Source of the DNA: a virus
Taxonomy: Duplodnaviria; Caudoviricetes
Virus record (IMG/VR): IMGVR_UViG_3300043436_004091
Span: 1 to 52,953 of that record
DNA length: 52,953 nt
Direction: 5' to 3' (one strand)
This document shows, piece by piece, positions 19,801-28,480 of this stretch. Under the pieces are notes generated by a model. It worked only from the letters and a program-made list of their open reading frames with translations. It had not been told where the DNA came from and searched no databases. A program made the translations under genes and the position numbers. The stretch's first letter is position 1, and each line of letters begins with the position of its first letter.

Positions 19801-22800
19801 CTCTGGAATGCAAGCAGGAGAATTTACAGATCAATTAGGAAATCTTAAATCCACATCAAAAGGAGGAATTCTTCCTGCGGGTGCAGAAGGTCAGCTTTTT
19901 GAAGCTGCTAGTAAAGCCGCATTGACCACAATGAAAGATCTTTCTGCTTCATTTGATCCTAAAAATGAAAACAGACCATTTGATTTTACTAACCCAGCTG
20001 CAATGAATCAAATGTTGGGAGTAAAAGCGGTGAGAGGTGATGCGAAAAGAGGAGGTGGGTCTGCGGCGAATTTTCAAGGTCAAGTTAATACTCTTGTCAA
20101 AAAGTCAATGAATGATGGAGATATCGCTCCAAAAATATTATCTCAAATAAGTCAACAATCAAAAGGCAGAAAATCTCCTAATGCTGCTGGTGGTTTTATT
20201 CCAAATTTTGCAAATCCTTTAAAAGATGCAGTTAATCGCGAAATGGCTGCTGGAGTTCCTGCTTCTCAAATCTATGTAGATAAAAACCCATCACTCAAGA
20301 GCGTAGGCAATCCAATGGGATTGATGGTTGCTAATCGTCGTGATGAGCCAGCAGGTGGTTATCAAGGTATCAATAGAGCTATCAAAGAAGGTAGAAATCC
20401 AAAGACTTATGGTGCGGCGAGTGGGTTTGTGCCAAATTATGTAGATGCGCCAGATATTTCTGGATATATAGGTCAAACAAGAAGCGCTGCTTTAGCGATG
20501 CAAGAGTCTGCGTATCAAGAAGCGTTAAAGAAAATTACTAAAGCATTAGATGCTGAAAGAGTAAATCTTAAAACATTAAGTTCATATCGACAAAAAGAAA
20601 GAAAAGTTATAGAAGATAAAATTCAAGCTTTACAACTTGAGACTATAACTCTTCAAAAATCTTCAGAGGCAACGAAAAAAGCAATTATAGAACAATCAAA
20701 AGGCGTTTTTGGAACTGGAAAAACTGCGACCCTTAAAGAGACTACCGTTCGAGCGAGTGGAGAACAGAAAGACATGCTAGGAACTATTTTTGCTTTACAA
20801 GGAGCGTTTAGTATATTGACTGGGTATACAGATAGTTTGTCTGGCGAAATTGGATCAGCGGTGAAAGCAGTTTCAAATGCGGCATCAGGTATTACTACCG
20901 CCGCCTTTGCTTATCAAGGATCACAAAGACTTCTAGCTGAATCCACGGGTGGAGTTGGTAAAGCTCTAGGCAAGGTAGGTATTGCTGGATCAGTATTACT
21001 GGGAGTTTTTGAAGTTTTCAAAGCTGGGAAAACTATCATGCTTGAAAATAATGGCTCGACTAAACAAGCGGCAGAAAATGCTAGATTACTAGCAGAGTCG
21101 GCGGAAAAAGCTGCGAATCGACTAGATGAACTAGATCCAAATGCTCAACAAAGAATTAAAGAAGATGCTAAATTTTTATTAAAAAGTTTGGAGGAGGGTA
21201 GATTTAATCGCCAAGGTGAATTTGGGGAAGAGACAAATTATAGAAAAATGTCTGTTTCCTCTTTTGTCGCAGATCAAGATTCTGCTAATTTTCAAAGTGC
21301 TATTGAAAATGCAAAAGCAGCTGGATTACCAGAAACATCCATAGCTTCAACTATATTCAAAGAAGGTGAAAAAAATAGAAATGTTTTAGGTGATTATGTA
21401 TTATACACAGATAACATAAAAGAGGTTATAAAGGAATTAGGAAAGTTATCTGAACAATCTCCTATTAAAAAATTAAAAGAAGATTTAGATAGTATAACTA
21501 ATTTAGAAAATATCAATGCAGATAATTTAATGCCAGTTATAGCTCCATATTATGAGCAAATAAAAAATGGCACATTGGATTTAGAAACACAAAGAAAAAT
21601 TCTGAATGATTCTTCATTAACCACAATGGATAGAGTTGTTGCAGAAAATCTACTGGTGCAAGCTATTAAAAAAGGAGCTGAAGCTTCAAAAATTTCCGCA
21701 GATGAAAATAAAAAAGCATTGGATCTAATCAATACTTCTTATGCTCAAAATCAATTAAAGAATACTATTGATATTTCAATTGCTCAACAAAGAACTACTA
21801 AAGAATTAGATCTGCAATTACTTTCTGCCAAGGAGCTTAATAATTTAAGCGAAAAAGACATAAGAAGTTTAGAAAATAAAATAACTTTACGAAATTTAGA
21901 TAGAAAATTAGTAGATGAAACATCTTCTCTTTTAAAAGGACAGATTGATAAAGCTAAATTGCTTGTAGCAAATAAAGAAAAAACAATTGAGCTAGAAGGA
22001 CGATTAAAAACTTTTTCAGAAGATGATTTCAAAAATAAAGATGAAGTTACTAAATTACTAGGAGAAATAAATATATTGTTGGGTACGGGAACTGATCTCA
22101 CAGAAGCTGAAAGAAAAGAGAATGAACAGATTTTAGATAATCTTCTAAAAAAATACGATTTAGATAAGGAAGATTTAAAAGTTCAACAACAAAAAACAGA
22201 AGAATACAAAACTCAAGCATCTACAATAAAAGATATAATCTCTTCAGCACAAAGAGCTTCTCAACAAAGATCTTTCGGTATAGACATGACTTCGAGAAGA
22301 TCTCAGTTCTCGAATACCAAACAAATAGCTGAACTACAAGCTTCAAAATTAGGTAGATCTCCTGATGAGATTAAAAGAATAGACGCTAACATTGCTGCAA
22401 TTGAAGCTAATACTGTATCTTTAGAAAATGTTGCAAATTATAATAAAATGCTCGCAGATAAAAGAACTGAGTTATTAGGTTTAACAAAATTTTCAGATGA
22501 ATACCAAGCTGACGAATTTAAAAAATTAGTAGAAAATGATAGTAATTCGCTCAAATCATTGATGGATAAAGCTGATAGAGCTTTAGGTTTAACGCAGAAT
22601 GAAAATGATAAGAAAGCTATTGAAGAATTTATTATAAAATTGAAACAGGAATCCGAAAGCCTTCAATTAGATGCTGAATCCTCTCAAGCAGCAGCAGATA
22701 CTCGCACAAGAGAGGCTGGCGCAATAGAGCCAGTAATATCAGCTTTGGAAATGTTTAGAAGATCTCTACTTGATTCTACAGATATCATTGATAGAAAAAT

Positions 22801-24505
22801 TCAAGATTTAGAACTAGAAAAATTAACTTCCATATCTGGAAGAAGAAACGCTGAAATTGATTATGAAATAGAAACTCTCAATCAGCAAAAAGGACAAAGC
22901 GCAGAAGAAGCCGCAAGAACAGCAAGAAAAAGACAGGCAAAAACAATTCCTCAGTTGTTTAAAGAAGAGTACAGCAAAACGATGGAAGAAAGAACATTAG
23001 AGTTCAACAAAACAATTGTTGATGCTTCTATTCAATTCAAAAATAATTTGATCGACGGTATTTCTAAAGCTATCGAAGAAGGTGGAACATTGGCAGACAT
23101 TCTCAAAGGTGGCGCTTTAGATTTTGTAAGAACATTAAACAAGCAATTAATGTCTAACATGTTTAATTCTCTTCTTGGCTCGAACAAGAATGGATCTTCT
23201 GGATTATTAGGATCAATCTTTGGTTATGCATCTGGTGGACCGATCACAGGTGGATCTGGAACCAAAGATGATGTTCCAGCAATGCTTATGGGCGGAGAAT
23301 ATGTTATCAACAAAAAGTCTGTTGGCAGATATGGACCTAAATTCTTAGAAGCAATCAACAATGGAACACTGGGTGGTTATGCTCAAGGAGGCAAAGTTCA
23401 AAGTGGAAAAGGAGGATTCTTCACTCCAGGAACTTATGGACTTGGTGGAATTCAAGGAACAGGCAACTTGCTTAAGTTCGCGACTCAAGGTTACACTTCT
23501 GGAGCTAGAGATCAAATCGTCAATCAAGGAAATTATGCTTCTATAAACTTAGAAGCAGAAAGCGCTAGATTAACAAATTTCGGAAGAAGCAATAGTCCTC
23601 AAGCTGAAGCTACTAGATCCGCCAAAGAGCAAGCCTTTGGTTTGTATGTCCAAGACATACAAGCGCAGCAAGAAGCTCAAAAACAAGCGGAAGCAGAAAG
23701 TGATGCGCTGAAGAAGCAACTCATGTTATCAGTAGTATTGGCTGCTGGATCTGGATTCTTTAAAGCTTATGCTGGATCGGGCACAACTGGAATGGCGCGA
23801 TTAAGCGATGCGGCGAAAGGAATTTGGAGTGGTTTTGAAGGCAAAGGAGGTTTAACAAACTTATTTAGTTTTGGCGGATCATCTTCAACGACACCATCAT
23901 CAAAAAATACAAATGGTGCAAATGGATATGATGTGAATCCATATGACAATGATCAAATAAATGAAGTAAATTCTGCCTTGGGAGGTTTAGGAGTTTCTCC
24001 ATTAAATTTTGGAGGATCTAATAATGGTGTTTATAACAATAACATACCAGCATTCACTACTGGTCCATTTGACGCGCAAGGAAATTATATAGAAGAACGC
24101 GCAAATGAAAGATTCGCCACTGGAGGTTCAATTCCTTTCAAGGGTGGAATCGATACAGTTCCAGCGATGCTTTCAGGCGGCGAATTCATCATGAATCGCT
24201 CTGCCGCTCAAAACATCGGCGCTGGAAATCTACAAGCACTCAATGCTGGCGCAGGAACCATCGTTACAGAGGAGAAGACGGAAGAGTTGAACGAGAAGCT
24301 TATATCCAAGCTGGACGAGCTTATCGAGGCTTCTGGAGGAGCTTCTAGCATCACGATCAATGTCGAAGGATCTACTGGAGCGGCAACACAAAGCACCAAC
24401 GGAAATCCAACCGATCAAAGACAACAAATGGCTCGACAAATCAAAGACGCTGTTCTCAAAATCCTTCAAGACGAAAAAAGATTGGGAGGTCAATTAAGAA
24501 GATAA
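16883..24505 (+). CDS. Tail tape measure protein with internal nuclease-like cassettes
   Basis: 2540 aa; TP901-type TMP core (ELARQGLS...LILTRLSGLD...GGAVIGNSFKTIFTRL); coiled coils; C-terminal VPAMLxGGE modules. Confidence 0.9.
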   Translation: MPASVQIPVTQTGLEASIQAALRNAGKGAQINLGANARQINALAQPLGRITGQADEFTKSMEAANARVFAFGASVGIINGVTSAFSSLVKSTIAVEKSLTEINSVFQKSSSELEKFGNSLFDVAKNTGQSFDAVAKGALELARQGLSTEESLRRINDALILTRLSGLDAERSVSGLTAAVNAFKSTGITTSEVLNKLVVVSQKYSVSEKDLIEGLKRSSSVAKQAGVSFDELVGIITAVQEKTSVGGAVIGNSFKTIFTRLQRTDTLDALQQLGVSVTDVQGRILPATKLLENLAGTIKSLNQVQLAEITEKVGGGFQIDKLLATLEDLSSQSSVAFKATEISLKSTNEAYEKNAALNVTLAALINKTSLSAEQLGATLGKIGITDSAKNLLGFFNGLLESIQKILGEESALGDVFRGLAKGIGNLITGPGLALFAGIILKLSKDLAQFGFASLKGFFGIGKAAKEIQNVEQSIASALSRNVGLQQQLFALEGNRAAQIKLMSDAIVLQEAAMRRMASTASTLAAPLYGAGVRSTGEGLRVPRAAGGYTPAVSQESSDIRKGVGGAKSGDRPVVIPNFNFGQGKKGSIVAHTGEYTVPNFAGSGGTAIFNRDMVRSMGLPSGAKKISASGGLIPNFAEKVKIVKNQNQILEGKNFESILNKRLFGKSSYSPNDPLDFPLPQGYGLNASAKKQLGINNLSRYGDAKRSFSRPSSVSLMDKYLRTKEGELDFRNKRISERGFINLKPDGLSMLYKYGEAEGVKSINVGTKNSSFSVKTKKLIEQKLIKTKNPNLSRTISMPLIADKVNLASGFIPNFSNTLLTDTIRQYYPELENYRVSSKKFVFPNGIEAYQSNIDNVLKRNPSFATKKKALDQKKLDQGFLDFNIDANTLGGIALVTPKQGDASGYVSAKLKGSDLKDNKPRGLLDDDQIILSNIQQTGVPTKKNFEQISSEINKFFAGPIVALAQSLYGRLYSGMQAGEFTDQLGNLKSTSKGGILPAGAEGQLFEAASKAALTTMKDLSASFDPKNENRPFDFTNPAAMNQMLGVKAVRGDAKRGGGSAANFQGQVNTLVKKSMNDGDIAPKILSQISQQSKGRKSPNAAGGFIPNFANPLKDAVNREMAAGVPASQIYVDKNPSLKSVGNPMGLMVANRRDEPAGGYQGINRAIKEGRNPKTYGAASGFVPNYVDAPDISGYIGQTRSAALAMQESAYQEALKKITKALDAERVNLKTLSSYRQKERKVIEDKIQALQLETITLQKSSEATKKAIIEQSKGVFGTGKTATLKETTVRASGEQKDMLGTIFALQGAFSILTGYTDSLSGEIGSAVKAVSNAASGITTAAFAYQGSQRLLAESTGGVGKALGKVGIAGSVLLGVFEVFKAGKTIMLENNGSTKQAAENARLLAESAEKAANRLDELDPNAQQRIKEDAKFLLKSLEEGRFNRQGEFGEETNYRKMSVSSFVADQDSANFQSAIENAKAAGLPETSIASTIFKEGEKNRNVLGDYVLYTDNIKEVIKELGKLSEQSPIKKLKEDLDSITNLENINADNLMPVIAPYYEQIKNGTLDLETQRKILNDSSLTTMDRVVAENLLVQAIKKGAEASKISADENKKALDLINTSYAQNQLKNTIDISIAQQRTTKELDLQLLSAKELNNLSEKDIRSLENKITLRNLDRKLVDETSSLLKGQIDKAKLLVANKEKTIELEGRLKTFSEDDFKNKDEVTKLLGEINILLGTGTDLTEAERKENEQILDNLLKKYDLDKEDLKVQQQKTEEYKTQASTIKDIISSAQRASQQRSFGIDMTSRRSQFSNTKQIAELQASKLGRSPDEIKRIDANIAAIEANTVSLENVANYNKMLADKRTELLGLTKFSDEYQADEFKKLVENDSNSLKSLMDKADRALGLTQNENDKKAIEEFIIKLKQESESLQLDAESSQAAADTRTREAGAIEPVISALEMFRRSLLDSTDIIDRKIQDLELEKLTSISGRRNAEIDYEIETLNQQKGQSAEEAARTARKRQAKTIPQLFKEEYSKTMEERTLEFNKTIVDASIQFKNNLIDGISKAIEEGGTLADILKGGALDFVRTLNKQLMSNMFNSLLGSNKNGSSGLLGSIFGYASGGPITGGSGTKDDVPAMLMGGEYVINKKSVGRYGPKFLEAINNGTLGGYAQGGKVQSGKGGFFTPGTYGLGGIQGTGNLLKFATQGYTSGARDQIVNQGNYASINLEAESARLTNFGRSNSPQAEATRSAKEQAFGLYVQDIQAQQEAQKQAEAESDALKKQLMLSVVLAAGSGFFKAYAGSGTTGMARLSDAAKGIWSGFEGKGGLTNLFSFGGSSSTTPSSKNTNGANGYDVNPYDNDQINEVNSALGGLGVSPLNFGGSNNGVYNNNIPAFTTGPFDAQGNYIEERANERFATGGSIPFKGGIDTVPAMLSGGEFIMNRSAAQNIGAGNLQALNAGAGTIVTEEKTEELNEKLISKLDELIEASGGASSITINVEGSTGAATQSTNGNPTDQRQQMARQIKDAVLKILQDEKRLGGQLRR
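18761..20440 (+). repeat. Dispersed protein-level repeat A(A/S)G(G)(F/L)(I/V)PN(F/Y) within TMP
   Basis: SASGGLIPNFA (18761), LASGFIPNFS (19301), NAAGGFIPNFA (20180), AASGFVPNY (20414). Confidence 0.85.
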
Positions 24506-24506
24506 T

Positions 24507-25298
24507 ATGTTTGGACAAGTATCCAGCTACGAAAATCAATTTTACATTTCAGGCCAACAACTTATTGGCGTTGAAAGTGTAGAGCTTTCGTATTCTAATT
24601 CAGCCAATGTATTTAAACCATTGGGTTTTGCAGGTGGCTATACAACTGTAAATTCTCCCACAGAACAAAAGTTATCTATATCTCAGAATCTAATACATTC
24701 TGGAGGATTAATAAACTACACTGGCGCAAACAACATAAGCGGCAGTATAAATTATGAAAACAACAGTTATGGTTTCCAAAGTGGGTATTTGAATGAGTAT
24801 ATCGTAAATTGTGCAGTTGGATCTATTCCAAAAGTATCCAGCAACATTACTGTTTATGATGCGATGGTAACTGGAACTAAAAACGCAGCTGGATCTGTTG
24901 CTTCTCCAACGGTTTACGTGCCAACACAAGGATCAATATCTTTAACGTGTGATAATAGTTCTACAAATCGAGTTGTGGGATTTGATTATTCTGTAAAAAT
25001 AGATAGAAGACCAGTATATTCGATAGGATCTATTTTCCCAAAAGAAATAGTGACTATGCCAGTGATGGAATACTCAGCTTCTGTGCAAATAGATGTTGAC
25101 GATGCTTTCTTATCGAGCAGCACAGGTTTTCTCAGCACACGCCAAAACAAAACAGTATCATTCACCATTAGATCTAGAGATAATTCTTTGATTCTCCAAC
25201 AATTAACAATTCCAAAAGCGTCTTTAGTTTCTGAATCTTTATCTAGCTCTGCGGATGGAGGAGTTAAGTTAACATTAAATTATATCGGACACTCATGA
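24507..25298 (+). CDS. Tail-tube-fold tail tip/baseplate protein
   Basis: GYLNEYIVNCAVGSIPKVS and FDYSVKIDRRPVYSIGS align by eye with the tail tube protein. Confidence 0.6.
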   Translation: MFGQVSSYENQFYISGQQLIGVESVELSYSNSANVFKPLGFAGGYTTVNSPTEQKLSISQNLIHSGGLINYTGANNISGSINYENNSYGFQSGYLNEYIVNCAVGSIPKVSSNITVYDAMVTGTKNAAGSVASPTVYVPTQGSISLTCDNSSTNRVVGFDYSVKIDRRPVYSIGSIFPKEIVTMPVMEYSASVQIDVDDAFLSSSTGFLSTRQNKTVSFTIRSRDNSLILQQLTIPKASLVSESLSSSADGGVKLTLNYIGHS

Positions 25299-26242
25299 AC
25301 ACATTCTACGATAGAAGCAATAATATTGATATTGCCAGCGGAGATAGATTAACTGGTTTATTTTATACTCCAGTTTACGGATCAAGAGTAAACTTTTCTT
25401 CGAAAGCTAATGTATATGAAACAGTAGATGGTTATTATAACTTGATTCCATTATCAATAAACAGCTTGGATGCTAAGTTTGAGTTGAGATTTGATCTTGA
25501 TCAAACAGGATCTCAAAAACTGGTAGACTTTATTGAAAGTCAATCAGGCTGCAACTTGTATGGATTTACAGATGCTTCCAATTTTTACAAACCAATCAGT
25601 GGAGTAACTGATAACTATGCCGTTAATCACATAAACAAAAACCACTATGAAGTGGCGGTATCTATTGATGTAAATCAAGCGCCGACTCTTTTTAATTGGT
25701 CTGGAATGACATTTATAAATTCTCCACTTCAAACATGGTCCGCTGGATATAGCTACAAAAAATACGACATTGTTTACAGCGGCATAAGTCAAAACAAACT
25801 AAACAACTATTATTATTGTTCTGGAGATCATACATCTGCTTCTGTCGGTATAGACGGTCCCACTGGTGCATCAAGTAAATGGACTCAGGCTTTTTTCTTC
25901 GAGCCTGATATTGGATTGCAAAATGATGTGGCTATAAAAGTTGACAAGATAGAGTTTAAGAATTCATTCACGCAAAGAATGAAGAATAGAAAGCATTTAG
26001 CTCCAATCAATCTATCGTATAAGTTTTCAAACATAACAACCAAAGAAGCAAAAGCCATTATGCACTTCTTGGAAAACAAAGGCGGCTATAGAAGATTCTT
26101 GCATTCCATTCCTTCTGTTTACAACAGAGATAAAGTTTTTTACTGTCCGACTTGGAATCATTCTTGGAATTTTGTGGATTCACATAATATAGAAGTTAAT
26201 TTAATCGAAGACCCATTGGGCATAATACCTACAGGAACATGA
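25295..26242 (+). CDS. Minor/distal tail protein (two lambda gpM-like halves with a carbohydrate-binding-like insert)
   Basis: Repeated halves SQKLVDFIESQSG / AKAIMHFLENKGG; central WSAGYSYKKYDIVY...YYCSGDHTS...W. Confidence 0.55.
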   Translation: MNTFYDRSNNIDIASGDRLTGLFYTPVYGSRVNFSSKANVYETVDGYYNLIPLSINSLDAKFELRFDLDQTGSQKLVDFIESQSGCNLYGFTDASNFYKPISGVTDNYAVNHINKNHYEVAVSIDVNQAPTLFNWSGMTFINSPLQTWSAGYSYKKYDIVYSGISQNKLNNYYYCSGDHTSASVGIDGPTGASSKWTQAFFFEPDIGLQNDVAIKVDKIEFKNSFTQRMKNRKHLAPINLSYKFSNITTKEAKAIMHFLENKGGYRRFLHSIPSVYNRDKVFYCPTWNHSWNFVDSHNIEVNLIEDPLGIIPTGT

Positions 26243-27426
26243 ATCGACAAGTATTAAAAAGCAACTCAGCATTTGTAGCAATGGGGCAGTTTCCAGCTTG
26301 GAAAACTGGCGAAGAAGCTGCGAATCTTTTTCCATTGGTTCAAAACTGTAGCTTTTCTATCAAAAACGAGCATCAGAAAATAAAACAGATAGGCAGTCAA
26401 TCATATGCTGTCAACAATTTAGTTAAAGCTCCAGAAGCTAATATTGATGTATCTTATTATTTAAATCCATATTGCAGCAATGAGATATTAGCTGGTTTTA
26501 AAGCCGAGGCTCAGTCTTATCAACCGTGTTTGCAAGATTTAAAAAATAGAGATCAAAACATATACATAATAGTAAACCCAGATGATCAAAAAGATGGATT
26601 TGATAACTTTAAAGTTAATCCAACATCTGTAAACTTTAGTGGAATACAAGCATTAACATTTGGCAATTGCTTCTTGAATAGTTACTCTGTTGATTTTGCA
26701 CTCAATACAATACCAACTGTTAGCATGGGATTTGCTGCTTCCAATGTTAGATTTGAGAATCTAACGAGAGGCATTGTATCAATTCCAGCGATCAACAGTG
26801 TTTCTGGTAATAATAGTGGATCTGGTTTTTTGAATCTGAGTGGATTATACTCATCATTGATTGACGGATACATCCCAAACAATGCAGAAGGACGAAATGA
26901 ATTTAATGCTCCAGTTGTGAATCCTAACGCAAGTAGTTTTTCTTTACAGAACTTGCAAGTTGGAGGTGTTGGTTTGAATGCAGCCGCCAATCCTATTTTG
27001 CAGAGCTTTAATTTAAACTTAGACTTAGCTAGAACCAATTTATACGGACTCGGTAGTAATTATCCTTATGGTAGAAAATTAGAGTATCCAGTGAATGGAT
27101 CTGCCGCTATTCAGTGTTTAGTGTCTGGAATTTCCAGCGGAGAGTTTCAATCAATTATTACAAATGAATCTGGTTATTCTTTTGAAGTAGCTTTTTGCGA
27201 TACTAAAAAACTAGTTACTGGTTACTATCAAATACAAAATGCTAAATTAGAAAGCGTAGATTATTCGATGAACGTTAATGACACGTTACAATTCAGCGCC
27301 AACTTCTCTTTTGAAGCTACTGAAACAGGAGGTTTTCTAATGAAGAGAGATACGGTATACAGTGGAATATGGAGTGGAATAACTAGTCTGTGGCAAAATA
27401 TAACAGTTAATTGGGGTGATTTATAA
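26239..27426 (+). CDS. Tail-tube paralog (tail tip component)
   Basis: APEANIDVSYYL, FGNCFLNSYSVDFALNTIPTVS, LGSNYPYGRKLEYP match the tail tube protein. Confidence 0.65.
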   Translation: MNRQVLKSNSAFVAMGQFPAWKTGEEAANLFPLVQNCSFSIKNEHQKIKQIGSQSYAVNNLVKAPEANIDVSYYLNPYCSNEILAGFKAEAQSYQPCLQDLKNRDQNIYIIVNPDDQKDGFDNFKVNPTSVNFSGIQALTFGNCFLNSYSVDFALNTIPTVSMGFAASNVRFENLTRGIVSIPAINSVSGNNSGSGFLNLSGLYSSLIDGYIPNNAEGRNEFNAPVVNPNASSFSLQNLQVGGVGLNAAANPILQSFNLNLDLARTNLYGLGSNYPYGRKLEYPVNGSAAIQCLVSGISSGEFQSIITNESGYSFEVAFCDTKKLVTGYYQIQNAKLESVDYSMNVNDTLQFSANFSFEATETGGFLMKRDTVYSGIWSGITSLWQNITVNWGDL

Positions 27427-27433
27427 AACAGAG

Positions 27434-27439
27434 GTGTAA
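27434..27439 (+). promoter_or_regulatory. GTGTAA putative late-promoter motif
   Basis: 9 nt before ATG 27449. Confidence 0.6.
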
Positions 27440-27448
27440 ATAAAATAA

Positions 27449-28477
27449 ATGAATTTAGGTCCAAATCCAGTTAATACAACATATCAATTTCTCTTGAATC
27501 AAAGCGGAACTAATATTACTTTAGGTAATAACGGAGCAGTTAATTGGAACGGCGCAAATGTTGTAACAACAACTGGAACTCAAACCATAGCTGGAGCAAA
27601 GACATTTACCAGCAATATAGTTGGCAGCAATGGTTTCGGTAGTGCGGCTGGACTCATCAATAGTTTTGGTGCGGCTGCTAGTACGAATAGTTTTGGAATT
27701 AGCGCTACATCGAACGGTTTTGGAAATTCTGCGACCAACAATATTTTTGGTTTGAATGCTACTACGAACGGTTTTGGCCCAAATGCGACAACGAATAATT
27801 TCGGCATTAATGCCGCAACGAATAATTTTGGCAATAGTGGTACTGCCGCACCAACCAATATTTATGGCCAACAAGCCTTAAGCAATTCTTTCGGTGAAAA
27901 TGCCGTCACAAATGCTTTTGGAGCTAATGCTCCAATTAATAGCTTTGGAGAATTTGCCAGCACAAGCAATAGTTTTGGTGATTATGCTGAAGACAATACT
28001 TTTGGAGTTGATGTAAATAATTCGAATTCTTTTGGAAATTTAGCTTTGACTAATATGTTTGGACAAGGTGCCGAAACAAATATTTTTGGAGATAGTGCGA
28101 CATCATCAAATTCTTTCGGAAATGGTGCGTATTTTAATGAATTTGGAGGTTCAGCTGGAGTAGGCGGAAATAATTTTGGAAATAATTGTGCGGGTACAAA
28201 CAGTTTCGGACTTGAATCAACAAATGATTTCGGATATGATTCTAGCAATACTTTTGGAAACGGACCTTTTTCAACAAATTCTTTTGGAGGTGGAGCAATA
28301 ACAAATACTTTTGGTGGGGGATTATTCAATTCTGGAATCAGGCTGTTATTACCTCAATTCAATGGACTCTCATCTCAAGCTGGACAATTTGGAGAGTTGA
28401 GGATCAGCGGCAGTGGTTTATATGTATGCACTGGCACAACTGGTGGATGGAGAAGAACATTTTTACTATCTTTTTAA
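27449..28477 (+). CDS. Fibre/spike-like structural protein with NxFG repeats
   Basis: VTTTGTQTIAGAKTF fibre motif, 25 NxFG units, C-terminal GELRISGSGLYVCTG..GWRR. Confidence 0.6.
   Translation: MNLGPNPVNTTYQFLLNQSGTNITLGNNGAVNWNGANVVTTTGTQTIAGAKTFTSNIVGSNGFGSAAGLINSFGAAASTNSFGISATSNGFGNSATNNIFGLNATTNGFGPNATTNNFGINAATNNFGNSGTAAPTNIYGQQALSNSFGENAVTNAFGANAPINSFGEFASTSNSFGDYAEDNTFGVDVNNSNSFGNLALTNMFGQGAETNIFGDSATSSNSFGNGAYFNEFGGSAGVGGNNFGNNCAGTNSFGLESTNDFGYDSSNTFGNGPFSTNSFGGGAITNTFGGGLFNSGIRLLLPQFNGLSSQAGQFGELRISGSGLYVCTGTTGGWRRTFLLSF
27629..28315 (+). repeat. 25 tandem degenerate ~9-aa N-x-(F/Y)-G repeats
   Basis: Counted in the translation, e.g. ATTNGFGPN ATTNNFGIN AATNNFG. Confidence 0.9.
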
Positions 28478-28480
28478 TTT

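Noticed and set aside
27629-28315. CRISPR array or DGR template/variable repeat
   Set aside because: Repeats are conserved only at protein level, with no identical DNA repeats or spacers; no reverse transcriptase or adenine-variant duplicate was seen in the window.
27449-28477. FG-nucleoporin homology
   Set aside because: The regular NxFG period and fibre-type termini fit a beta-solenoid; the resemblance is compositional.
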